Origin: Camelus dromedarius
Taxonomy: Eukaryota
Length of the DNA stretch: 64,000 nt
NCBI RefSeq assembly: GCF_036321535.1
Contig: NC_087438.1
Coordinates: 6,946,001-7,010,000, forward strand
Reading direction: 5' to 3'
Of the stretch, positions 1 through 11,329 are shown piece after piece. The stretch's first letter is position 1, and each line of letters begins with the position of its first letter. A program made the translations under genes and the position numbers. The notes below the pieces were generated by a model. It searched no databases, had not been told where the DNA came from, and saw only the letters and a program-made list of their open reading frames with translations.

Positions 1-413
1 AGCACAAGCAAGGTATGCCTACACATCACAGCTGACACCTGGGGCAGGCCAGGTTTTTGCCCCCAGCATAGCTGTACAGCGCTTCAACTCGGTGTGTCTT
101 TGAATACCATGCTTTACCTTTTAGCCTTACCAAGGATCTATGAGGTTATAAAACCTTTATTACAAATTTTTAAGTCAAAACTGAGTGCTACCTGTGCATA
201 TATGAACTGAATGCAGCAACTGCTGTCCTGGGGGTATGTACTAGATATGTAACTGTGCTTTAGTTTCTCCCTAAAATCCAAAACCATTGCTGCCTGGTCC
301 CTAGATCCTAGAGTCAGGAGCTCTAACTAATAGATAATACCTCAAAATTACCTCAACTACAGCTGCCACTTGGCTGCCCAGTAACCAATGAGATTCTTTT
401 TATAAAAATTTCA

Positions 414-3400
414 ACTTCTGTTTTCTAGTCTAGCATTTGAGGATCTTGGAACTCACCACTTCACCCTCACAACAAGTAAAAAGCTGAACAAGCTGAAAAA
501 TTAACCACATTCAAGGCTATTAAACACACTTTGACAATTTTTAAAAAGTAGAAATTAGATAAAGCCTGCTCTCAGACCACAAAGGAATTAAACTAGAAAT
601 CAATAATAGAAAGATAGCTGGGAAATCCCAAAACACTTGGAGAGTACATAAAGCATTTCTAAATAGCACGTGGGTCAAAAGATAAATCTCAAGAGATATT
701 TTAAATTATTTTGAACTAATTGAAAATGAAACTACAATTTAGAAAAATCTGTAGAATGCAATGAAATCAGTGCTTAGAGAGAAATTTGTAGCATTGAAAG
801 TATATATTAGAAAAGAAGCAAGATCTGAAATAAAAAATCCAAGCTTCCACCTTAGGAAACCAGAAAGAGGAGTAAAGTAAATCTAAAGTAAGCGGAAGAA
901 AAGAAATAATAAAAATTAGAGCAGAAAGCAGTGAACTTGAAAATAGGAAATCAAGAGAGAAAACTGATGAAACCAAAAGCTGGTGCTTTGAAAAGATCAA
1001 TAAAATCAATAAGCTGCTAGCCAGGCTAACTAAGAAAGCAGCAGAAGAGACAAATTACTGACACCAGGATTGAAAGAGGGGACATAACTACAGATCACAC
1101 AGACATTAAAAGGATAATAAAGGAATACCATGAACAACTCTATGCCCACAAATTTGACAGCTTACATGAACTGGGCCAATTTCTTGAAAGATACAGTCTT
1201 CCAAAACTCACACAAGAAAAAGACAATCTGAGTAGGTCAATATGTATTAAAGAAACTGAATCAATAATATATGGTTTTCCAAGCAGAAAGCACCAAGCTC
1301 AGATAGGTTCAATGGTGAATTCTACCAAATATTGAAGGAAAAATTAGACCGATTCTCCATAATCCCTTTCAGAAGACGGAAGAGGAGGAGATACTTCTTA
1401 CTCATCCTGTGAAGTTATCACTACCTTAATACCAAACCCAGACAAAGACTCTACAAGAAAACTAGAGATAATAACTTTCATGAACATAGATGCAAAAATT
1501 CTCAATCAAATATTAGCAAATCAAATCCAACAATGTATAAAAAGAATTATATACCATGACAAAATAGGATTCATCCCAGGTGTACAAGGCTGGTTCAACA
1601 TTTGAAAATCAGTTAATGTAATCCATTATATGACAAGGCTAAAGAAAAAAAATCACATGATTTTATCAATAGATGGAAAAAAAAGCGTATGACAACATCC
1701 AACACTCATTCACAATAAAAATTCTCAACAGACTGAATGGAGAGGAAATTTCTCAACGGCATAAAGGCCATCTACAAAAAACCTACAACTACTATCACAC
1801 TTAACAATGAGACACTAGAAGCTTTGCCACTATGATAATGAGCAAGGCAGGGGTGTAACTTCTCACCACTCCTTTTCAACACCATACTGCTAGTACTAGC
1901 TAAGGCACTAAGATTTTCTTTGAAAAGGAAATAAAAGGTATACAGTTTGGGAAAGAAGAAATAAAACTGCTCTTGTTTGAAGATGACATAATTGTCTATA
2001 TAGGAAACCAAAAGAATCAACAAAAATCTTCTGGAATGAATAAATGATTATAGGAAGTTTGCAGGATGTAAGATTAATTACTAAAAAGTCAGTCACTTCC
2101 TTACAAGCAATGAACAAATGAAATTTGAAATAAAAAGCACAATACCATTTACAGTAGATCCCCTCCAAAATGAAATACTTAGAAATAAATACAATAAAAT
2201 ATACATTAGAGCTTTGTGAGGAAAACTATAAAACTCCGATAAAAGAAATCAAAGAAGAAGTAACTAAATGGGGATATTTTCCATGTTCATGGATAGGAGG
2301 ACTCAATATTGTCAAGATGTCAGTTTCTCCCAACTTGATTCAAAATCCCAGCAACGTACTTTGTGGACATTGACAAACTGATTCTAAAGTTTCTCTGGAG
2401 AGTCAAAAGACCCAGAATAGTCAACACAATACTGATGGAGAGCCAGGTCAGAGGAGTGACAGGGCCCAACTTCAAGATTTGTACTAAAAAGCTACAGTAA
2501 TCAAGAGAGTGTGGTATTAGTGAAAGAACAGATAAATAGATCAATGGAACAGAATAGAGAACTCAGAAATAGATCCTCATAAATACAGCCAACTGATCTT
2601 TGACAAAGGAACAAAGGCAATACAATGGAACAAAGATTGTCTTTTCAATAAATGGTGTTGGAACAACAGGACATCACATGCAAAAAAAAAAAAAAAGAAT
2701 CTGGACACAGGCCTTATACTCTTCACAAAAATTAATGCAGAATGGATCACAGACCTAAATGTAAAACACAAAACTATAAAACTCCTAGAAGATAACATAA
2801 CACAAAATAATAATGACCTTGGGCAGAGTGGTGATGTTTTAGATACAACACCAAAGGTGCAATCTATGAAAGAAAGAATTGATAAGCTAGACTTCATTAA
2901 AATTTAAAATTTCTGTTCTGTGGAAGCCGTAGCCAAGGGAGTGAGAAGACAAGCCATAGGCTGGATGAAAAATTTACAGAAGACATATCTGATAAAGGAT
3001 GGTTATCCAAATATGCCAAAAAAAAAAAAACCCTCAAAAATAGTAATTTAAAAACTGGTTTAAAAGTGGGCAAAAGACCTAAACAGATACTTCACCAAAA
3101 AAAGATATGCAGGTTGCAAATAAGCATATGAATAAATGTTCCACATCATAATTCATTAAGAAATTGAAAATCAGAACAACAATGAGATGCAACTACCACC
3201 TATTTAAATGGCCAAAACCCAGAACACTGACAACACCAAATGCTGACGAGGATGTGGAGCAGCGGGAACCCCCATTCACTGCTGGTGGGAATGAAAAATG
3301 GTGCAACCACCTTGGAAGAGTTTGGCAGTTCCTTTAAAAAACAAACATACTTTTACCATAGAATCTAACATTTATTCCTTGGTATTTACCCAAATGAGTT

Positions 3401-3843
3401 GAAAACTTATGTCCACACAGAAACCTGCACAAGGATGTATTCATAATTGCCAAAACTTGGAAGCAACAGGAACCAAGATGCCTTCAGTAGGTAACTTATA
3501 AATAAACTGTGTTGTATTCAGACAATAGAATGTTGTTCAATACTAAAAGGAAATGAGTTATCAAGCCATGAAAAGACACGACATACCCTGAAATGCATAT
3601 TACTAAGTGAAGGAAGCCAATCTGGAAAGGCTACATACTGTATGATTCCAACTGTATGACATTCTAGAAAAGAAATACTTTGGAGACAATAAAAATATCA
3701 GTGGTTACAAGGAGTTGGTAGGGAGAGAGGGATGAATAGATAGAATGCAGACAAATTTGGGGGCAGTAAAAATACTCTGTAAGATACTATAATGGTGAAT
3801 AAAGGTTACTACACATTTGTGAGAATCCGTAGAATGTACAACA
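414..3843 (+). mobile_element. Ancient LINE-1 (L1MC1-like), decayed: short 5'-end piece, ORF2 remnant and most of the 3' UTR
   Basis: ORF2 motifs are visible: endonuclease end SDHKGIKLEINNRK (~572-613), RT QGCxxSPLLFN (~1850-1880), LFEDDIIVY for FADD (~1973-2000), and a Cys/His C-terminus (~3241-3293). The 3' UTR matches the recalled L1MC1 consensus (GGGCAGTAAAAATACTCTGTAAGATACTATAATGGTG...AGAATGTACAAC). Many stops and frameshifts. Confidence 0.92.
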
Positions 3844-3879
3844 CACAGCTACATAGGATGGCTTCTCAGGAGTGACAAG

Positions 3880-4010
3880 CTATTAGCTCACATTCATGGA
3901 GGCTGGCGATGTGTCCAGCACTGTTAAATGAATTCACTCAGAAGCAAAGGGTATTTTTCTCTTAGCACATCCATTCTGCAGATGAAAAAACTAAGGATAA
4001 GAGAGCACAT
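3880..4010 (-). mobile_element. MIR SINE fragment
   Basis: MIR-like core CCATTCTGCAGATGAAAAAACTAAGG in antisense orientation. Confidence 0.55.
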
Positions 4011-6035
4011 AAGAGATCTCCACCTGGAGGGAAGTGGAAGAGATCTGGAAGGCATGTGAGATGTTTACAGGAGCTTCTGGAGTCCCCTTCACCTGGTCAC
4101 TTTTCCAGACGATAAGCAGTGAACCCTAGCATCTCTGACAGCACATCTGAGGCGCTCATGGTTGCACACAGGAGGATATATTGTTTCAGACGTTATTCTT
4201 CCAAGCTACTAAGCCCTAGATGGGAGGACTTGGGAGGCAGGCTGGGAGGACAGGATGGGTGGAAAGCTGCTGCAGTCTCCATGTCCTAAGGAACTGCTGC
4301 TGCCCCTCACGTAGCAGTCCTATGGTCCTGAAGTGGCTCAGACTCTGGTCTGGGTTCAGGAGCTGGGTGGGGGCTTTCCCACGGCGCTGTGCTTGCTACT
4401 CCATCCCCTGTTCAAAGATCAGGAATGCAGTACAGGATAAGGGCCAAAATACAGAGACTTAGGGAATGTGAGAAGGCCTGGATGAAGACCACTGATGAAG
4501 AGCAATGATGGGGGAGAGTCAGGGTCCCCGAGACCAAACTACAGGAGGCTTATCCCCGGGACTGGAGAGGCTCATGGCCTCCATCCATGACTGCTTCTTC
4601 TTTGGTTTTGCATTTTAGACATGTATCCTCTAGTTTTGATGACTTGGTCTGGGCTGAGGTTGCATTGTGATTTCCATTCTCCAATGTAATTCTGTTTCCT
4701 TATCTCCGTTGGAGAATCAAATAGCATATTAATATAATACATTACACTAGATTTCACCTACAGCATGCAGTGAAAGCTATTTTCCAACCTTTTCAGCCTG
4801 AGCTCAAACAAAGTTAATCAAATTTAATATGTCATTAATAAAAGTTGGTCTATGGACCAATAGTTATTTGGGGATGGGGGTTGGGGGAAAATTTTTGAAG
4901 GATAATTTAAAGGTCCATTTGATTTAAGATGAGTTCACGTTTAGCAGTGCAATTTCGCTGCATTTACTATGTATCTCTGTGATGTATGTAAGGCAGGAAA
5001 ACCAACCTTTATGTTTTCTATCTGTAATTAATGAGTGGCTTCTAGCAGTGTTGGGGAGAGGAGGGAATTGTGATTACAGAAGATCAACTCATTTGAGAAA
5101 TGTCAAGTCTTCTAGAGGCCAGTTGAAACCAGCCCAAGTGTCAGCTTTCTCACTTTTGTATTATGAGATTTTACAGTCTTTTTCTTCAAGTCATGATTGG
5201 ATGAAACATGATTAGAAAGGGGGCAAAAGAGACATGATATGATGATGGTTTAAATTATTAAAGCCAATTACTGAACATGAATGCCACCAGTCACAGTCCT
5301 GTGGGTTTTCTAAGGAAGTCCTGGGGAATAGGAGGGTCCTCAGCCCTTCTCTGGCCCTTCAGAGCAAGATCTCCCCAACCGGTCTCTGCCTACAGACCAA
5401 GTCCACCCTGGTGAGGCAGCCATAGTGGAAAATTCCAAGAAGAAGCCTTGGCCTCACTAGGCATCCAGAATTTGATCTCTCTTCCATCAAATGGAGCCCA
5501 AGATCTCAGGGCTGCTAACTCCTTGGCCTTTCTGTCCCTCCTTCCCGTCACCTGGGAGTGGCCTCCAGGAGAACTGTAGGGATCTGTGATTCCATCCACA
5601 CTTGGCGGGGAAAGTGCCACACTGCAGGGGAAGTGGGAGGTCACCCATACTGCATATCTCCCATCTCTACCACTGCAACCCCCTTCCTGAGTCCACCTCC
5701 CCAGGAGACCATGTCGAGCCTTCTGGCGAAGAGTGCTACTCTTACACCTCCATCTACTGACAAGGGCCTAGTTTAGAAAGCACAGTCTGGTGAAACTACA
5801 AGCCAACCTGACCCAGCATTGCCCACCACATTCACTTTGCTAACCGGCCTGCAGTGCCCATCAAGTGGACGCCATCGCTCCCTATGACCCCCATCCCTGA
5901 ACAAAGATGTGTCTCCCCCATTCCTGATCTCTCCTTTACAGTGCACATCAGTCTGCTTAGCCTAATCCTTTACTAAAAGAATCCAAACACAGCACAGTTT
6001 ATTTCACTAAGGATATGGTGTTTTCAGCACCTTGG

Positions 6036-6200
6036 TCAGTGGCTCTCAGCCCCAACGGTGCACCTGAAATTCTGTCTGTGTTTTTTTCAGTGCTGATGCC
6101 TAGGCCTCATTTCCTGGAGACTATAACATAACTGGTCTTCGTGGAGTCCAAGCACTGGCATTTTTGCTGTATGTGGGAAGGCAGCCAGGGGTAAGAATGT
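6036..6200. mobile_element. MER5-family (hAT-Charlie) non-autonomous DNA transposon, degenerate
   Basis: Starts CAGTGGCTCTCA, contains TGATGCCTAGGCCTCA and ends CAGCCAGGGGTAAGAA, as in MER5A/B. Confidence 0.55.
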
Positions 6201-7271
6201 GCGTAGTGAGTCAACGAGTTCACTGCCAAGCTCTCTGGTCACCACACAGCTCCCATGTCAGGTGGACCCTTTCAGCAACCCTCTGGTCTGCGTCCACTGG
6301 GTCTCTTGCTGCTAAATGACGAGCTCGTGTGCTAAGGGTGCTTCCCGCTTGTTCCCCACACCAGCTCCCCGAGGTGAAGCAATGTGACTGCCAGGAGGGA
6401 AAATACGAAGAATGAGGCCTTGACAGTGCTCCTTAGTGAAATGTCTGACCAGATTACTGGAGCAATCAGAATGACCAAACTAATGCTTCAGGTAGTGCCT
6501 TATGCCTGGAAAACTACAGTAAGAAATTCATGAAGCTTGAAAGGGGTCTTGTGAGGCCCCTTTGTCTGTGGCCATTCTGCACAGATGAAGAGAAACCTCT
6601 TCGCTGACTTCTAAAGGAAGACTCCACAAAAAAAATTCATCTAACTGGCTCCAGGGCAGAGCATTGCTGCTACCTAGAAATTCCTTCACTTGAGTCCCCC
6701 TCCAGCGGCTGTGGTTCTGGTTTCCTACTGAGAGAACAGGAGACAAGCCGTAGAGTCCAGTCACTTCCTAGCAAACAGCAGCACAGCTTCAGTTAGACGA
6801 AATCATGTTTTACTTCAGTTTTGCCATATTAATAAAATACTGACGCATTAAAAATTTGCCCCACTGCAAGGCAGCATTTCAAGGTTTTATGTTATAAAAT
6901 GGCATGAGCCAATACAATATCTGATATTGTAACACCCAGAAACCACCAAAAAGTATAAAGAAAAAACAAAGAAATGATAGCCCAGCCAAAGACTCCAGAC
7001 CCTCACATATTGATCTTTTATTTTGTACTAGTGTTATCCGTTTCAAATCAAAGATTTGCTCACAGGATGAGAGAATAAAATGATGAAAACACAGAAAGGT
7101 GCCACCTATAACAAGATATGTTACAAATTTCATGAGAATTAATCATATAATCGTCTAACAATCAATAAATTGTGCACCTCTTTCTCACTGTAACATATAT
7201 GTGGACTCTGGTGGAGATAAAATTTATTTGAAAAAATTGATAAGAACTTTGATTGAAATTAAAAGAATCTC

Positions 7272-7416
7272 TAATGTTGGTTTCCTGGTTTTGATATTGT
7301 ACTAGAGTTGTGTGATATAAGGGGCAACTGGGACCTCCCTGTACATTTTTTTTTTATTGTTGTGAACCTATAATTATTCCAAACAAAAATTTAAAAAACA
7401 AAAAAGAAAGAAAAAA
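7272..7416 (+). mobile_element. L1MD/L1ME-type LINE-1 3' end with A-rich tail
   Basis: AATGTTGGTTTCCTGGTTTTGATATTGTACTAG...GGACCTCCCTGTAC...GTGAACCTATAATTATTCCAAAC followed by an A-rich tail. Confidence 0.7.
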
Positions 7417-7504
7417 TATTCTACCCACAAAGGAACTGAAGTGGGACCTTGGATGGAAAGAAGCCTATGGTCTGTAGAAGAACCATAGGATCAATCACCA
7501 TCAG

Positions 7505-8190
7505 AGGTAGCAACAGTGGTAACAGTCATCACAGTAGCACTGGTAGTCAGCACAGTAACAGGAGTAACTGTAGCAGTCGCAGTAGCAGTAATTGTGGTAG
7601 TGGTAGTAATTGTTGTAGTAGTAATTGTGGTAGTAGTAATTGTAGTAGTAATTGTGGTAGTGGTAGTAATTGTTGTAGTAGTAATTGTAGTGGTGATAGT
7701 AATTGTCATAGTGGTAGTAATTGTCGTAGTAGTAATTGTAGTGGTGATAATAATTGTTGTAGTAGTAATTGTGGTAGTGGTAGTAATTGTTGTAGTAGTA
7801 ATTGTGGTAGTAGTAATTGTAGTAGTAATTGTGGTAGTGGTAGTAATTGTCGTAGTAGTAATTGTGGTGGTGGTAGTAATTGTCGTAGTAGTAATTGTGG
7901 TGGTGGTAGTAATTATTGTAGTAGTAATTGTGGTAGTGGTAGTAACTGTCATAGTAGTAATTGTAGTGGTGTTAGTAATTGTTGTAGTAGTAATTGTAGT
8001 AGTGATAGTAATTGTAGTGGTGGTAGTAATTGTCGTAGTCGTAGCAATTGTACTAGTAGCAGTGATTTTAGTAGTAGCAGCAGTAACGGGAATCACCGTC
8101 ATAGTAAGCTTAGTAGAGTAGCAATTGTTGTAGGAGTACTAGTTGCAAGTAGCAGTACTAATGGTAGTAGTAGGCAGTAATAGTAGTTGG
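7505..8190. repeat. Triplet-based low-complexity tandem repeat (AGT/GGT/TGT/AAT) with recurring AGTAATTGT unit
   Basis: Seen directly. The core (~7580-8040) repeats AGTAATTGT at mostly 12-18 bp spacing, with degenerate flanks. Confidence 0.97.
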
Positions 8191-8759
8191 CAGGAAGCAT
8201 GTACGTTCCTCAACTGTTGGGGCAAGGTAAAGAAAAAGTCCTGTTAAGGTAGAGGGGAAACATCTTAATTAAATTGAAATCTGTGTAAATCTGTCTCGTC
8301 ATATTTACCAAAAGAAAGCAAGAAGCTTCCCCAAATACTTCAATCCCAAACTGTATATTTCTCACTTAACTTCCTGGGAATTCAATCTTTAATTTGAAAG
8401 CATGTGAAGGGCTCACAGCATGTGAAATAGTGCATTGTTCATTAAATCTAAAGAAAGTATTTATTATAGGATATGGAATTTGTTTATATAACATTCATAT
8501 TAATTCCTCAGCCTTGTATTAACTGCCCCCTACTCTTTAAGTTGGGTGGGTTCTTCCAGTTTTCAGAAAGCACCAGACTCTCTGGGACCTGCATGGCTTT
8601 CTCCCTACAGGTCAGCTTGAAAATAAATAATCACTGTAGCAGATTCAAGCCCACACGATTCAAAATTCATTTCTTTGTGAGGTGTCTCCCACTGTCAATC
8701 CAGCTGAGACATAAGGTGATGGGGCTGGAGAGGGAATATGGCAAAGATCCTGGAGATGC

Positions 8760-9160
8760 TTCAGATGTAAAGCACCTGCTAGGTGCCAATGCCACTCTAG
8801 ACACAGAAGACTCGACAGCGAATGAGACAGTCGTGGTCTTCCCTGTTCTCAAGAAAGAGCGACCATAAGCACAAAATCCAACAAACAAGGCCATCTTGGG
8901 TAGGGTTACAAATTGGAGAAAATAAAAAGCAGACAATGTGATAGAGAACAGAGGTTTGCAGCAGCCCTGGGTCAGGGAAGTCCCCCTGCGGGGCGACGTT
9001 TGAACTGAGACCCAAGAAAGAAAGTCAAAGGGAAGAAAGGGATTTCCTGCAACAGAGACATCAAAGGCCTGAAAATGAAAATCCATTTGGTCTTTGTGAC
9101 ACAGAAGTGGCCAGAAGGACAATAATTGGTGAGATCAGAGAGGAAGCTTGGGGCCAGGTT
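8760..9160 (-). mobile_element. L2 LINE fragment
   Basis: Antisense L2 3' region motifs: AGCACCTGCTAGGTGCCA, GGTCAGGGAAG...GACGTTTGAACTGAGACC, CAAAGGCCTGA. Confidence 0.7.
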
Positions 9161-9314
9161 ATTAAATCTGGATTGTTTAGTGTGGATGGGTTGGGGGTGG
9201 GGATGTGGGGCAGGGCCTGTAGTGAGAACTGTTCCTAGCTTTCCAGTTGGTGCACTAGGTGGAGAGGGTGTCACCCACTATAGTTGGGGAAGGGCCCGAG
9301 TCTGGGCCCGGACT

Positions 9315-9333
9315 TGTCCAGCAGAGGGCGCTG
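9315..9333 (+). promoter_or_regulatory. Candidate CTCF binding site
   Basis: TGTCCAGCAGAGGGCGCTG; the core CCAGCAGAGGGCGC (9318-9331) fits CCASYAGRKGGCRS with no mismatch. Binding itself is not shown. Confidence 0.6.
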
Positions 9334-9584
9334 TGAGACACCTTCCGGTCTCAGGTCTCTGCTTGTGGGCCAGGGTAGCGCAGGGTCCCAACTGTGGGGA
9401 CCCCATCCTTGCAGCTGCTCCCCTCTACAGCCTGGCCCCCTCCCCTGGGGCACTGCTGGGGGCAGGTGCAGCCTCCTCCGCTCTCAGGGCCCAAAGACCC
9501 CACTCCAGCCCCACCCTTCTTCTCCCCTGAGCCCAGGGGGTGTCACCCCTCCCCACGTGTGACTCCAACTCTTCTGCTGGTGCC

Positions 9585-9673
9585 TGTGCTCATTCCCATG
9601 GCTGCCGGAACAAACTGCCACAAACACAGTGGCTTAAAATAACACAAATTAATTTCCTTGTAGTTCTTGTAGG
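9585..9673 (-). mobile_element. MLT1 (MaLR) LTR fragment
   Basis: GGCTGCCGGAACAAACTGCCACAAACACAGTGGCTTAAAATAACACAAATT is the typical antisense MLT1 terminus. Confidence 0.7.
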
Positions 9674-11004
9674 AACTGAGCCTTCCCTGCGTGGCATTCA
9701 GGACTCATCAGGCGGGACAGAGAGCTGGGCTTTCCAGGTTTACACTCCTCTGTGTGAGCTGTTCTCCTCTGCTTTCTGGAGGTAACTGGCTTGGTCTGAG
9801 ACTAGCTTCCACTACAAACGAGTAGGAAAGTTTGGGAGACATGACTAACCTCCAGGCGCCTGTCCCTGTTGAGCAGATACCATGCTCTGCTGAAGCGCAC
9901 CCCAGGGACGTGTCAGGTGCGGCTGCCTCAGGGCAGCTCTCAGCAGAGAGACCGAGTGAAGGCCCATGATGTGCCAAGTCAGGGGGAACCGGATGGATCA
10001 AAGGACCAACCTCCCCTTTCCAAGTGGCTCCCCTGTAGTAGTAGTCAGTGGTCACATGGCCTCGCTGAGCTGGGCAGGACCAGCACCGAAGCCACCAGGA
10101 GCCAATAGAAGTCTGGCTGCCACACACCACTGAGGGCCCAGGGATGCACTGCCCACAGACGACCCTGTAGTTAATCCCTCGTCTCCAGGCCCTGCGCTCT
10201 CCCACCAGGATGAAATTCCCGGACAAAGCCCACTGTTAAAGGCAGTGCACATCCTCCCAGTCCCTGCAGGCCTTGGGTCCCAACAACGTGACCATTCCAG
10301 GCTTTGCAAGGTAAGACTGTGCACAGGGCTGTAGGAGGAAAGTGTGGCGAGCTCCCAAGCGGGGCTGTGGCCTTAAATGCAGAGAGGCCCCATGAACGTC
10401 CTGGAGGTAGTGAGTCACACACCGGAGATTACAAGAGAGGATGTGCGGGAGTTCACACCGACAGAGGGCACGCAGGCTGGCGAGAATGGAGCGTGTGCAG
10501 GCACACAGGAAATTGCACATGGTTCACATGGAGCCATCTGCATGGACTCACGGGAGGGAGACTCACATGCGCTCACATGGAGGGAGACACAAGGCTCACG
10601 AGGGGAGATGACTCAACCCTTCAGGACCTAATGCCCTTCCCCCAACTCCCCCATTTACAGAGAAGAATGACCCGGGAAGGCCCAAGACTTGTCTCACCCC
10701 CTGCCCCAGCTCAGGTCACATCTGGGACTAGAGACCAGGATCCGTGTGACACGGTGTGATTTCTTTTCTTTGTTTCTTTCTTTTCTTTTTTTTTTGTGGG
10801 TGGGGGGGGCTTCTTTAATTTTAAAAGAGACTGAGACAGAATTTCTCTCATTTCCAATTTTGTGCACAAGCGGGGCGAGGAGGCCTGAAGTCCAGTTTTG
10901 AAGCTCTGGGGGCACTTCTTCAAAGGCTGCCTGTGAGCTGGTGACAGAGTGGCAGCTCTGTTCACTGCAGCCTGTGACTGTGGAAGAGGAATTAGCTGAG
11001 AAGC

Positions 11005-11325
11005 CAGGTGAGCGCCTCCCCTGGGGCTGCGCTCGTCCCTGAGCACCGCCCGCGTCTCCTGGGGTGCTCCGCTCGGGCGCTGCTCACGCGCCGCCTACTC
11101 CGGAGCCTGGCCCGGAGGGCGCCTCTCTCTCAGCCCGAATCCTCCTTTAGTTTGCTTCGCAGTGTTTGTGCCAAGGGGGATTTGACTGTGCGCGTCTTGT
11201 CTCTTCACTGTCTCTCTCCTCTCTAGAACGTTAGCAGGGTGAGGGCAGGACCTGCCCCTGGTCTGCAGAGAGCCTGGCGTGGAGCCGAGGCGCAGTCAGC
11301 ACAGCTCAAGTGAAATAAATGCACG
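11005..11325 (+). mobile_element. L2 3'-end relic that is unusually GC- and CpG-rich (mini CpG island)
   Basis: TGTCTCTCTCCTCTCTAGAACGTTAGCAGGGTGAGGGCAGG and AGCCTGGCGTGGAG align to the L2 3' end. About 23 CpGs counted by eye in 11011-11300. Confidence 0.55.
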
Positions 11326-11329
11326 AGGG

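Noticed and set aside
767..2897. ORFs of 67-106 aa on both strands
   Set aside because: They are fragments or antisense readings of the decayed L1 ORF2, broken by stops and frameshifts.
7580..8040. Regularly spaced AGTAATTGT units as a CRISPR-like array
   Set aside because: The spacers are a few bases of the same triplets rather than unique ~30-bp sequences, there are no cas genes, and the context is mammalian.
7491..8121. Thr/Ile-rich mucin-like ORF (minus) and poly-Val ORF (plus)
   Set aside because: They arise automatically from the triplet repeat. There are no flanking mucin domains or supporting exons.
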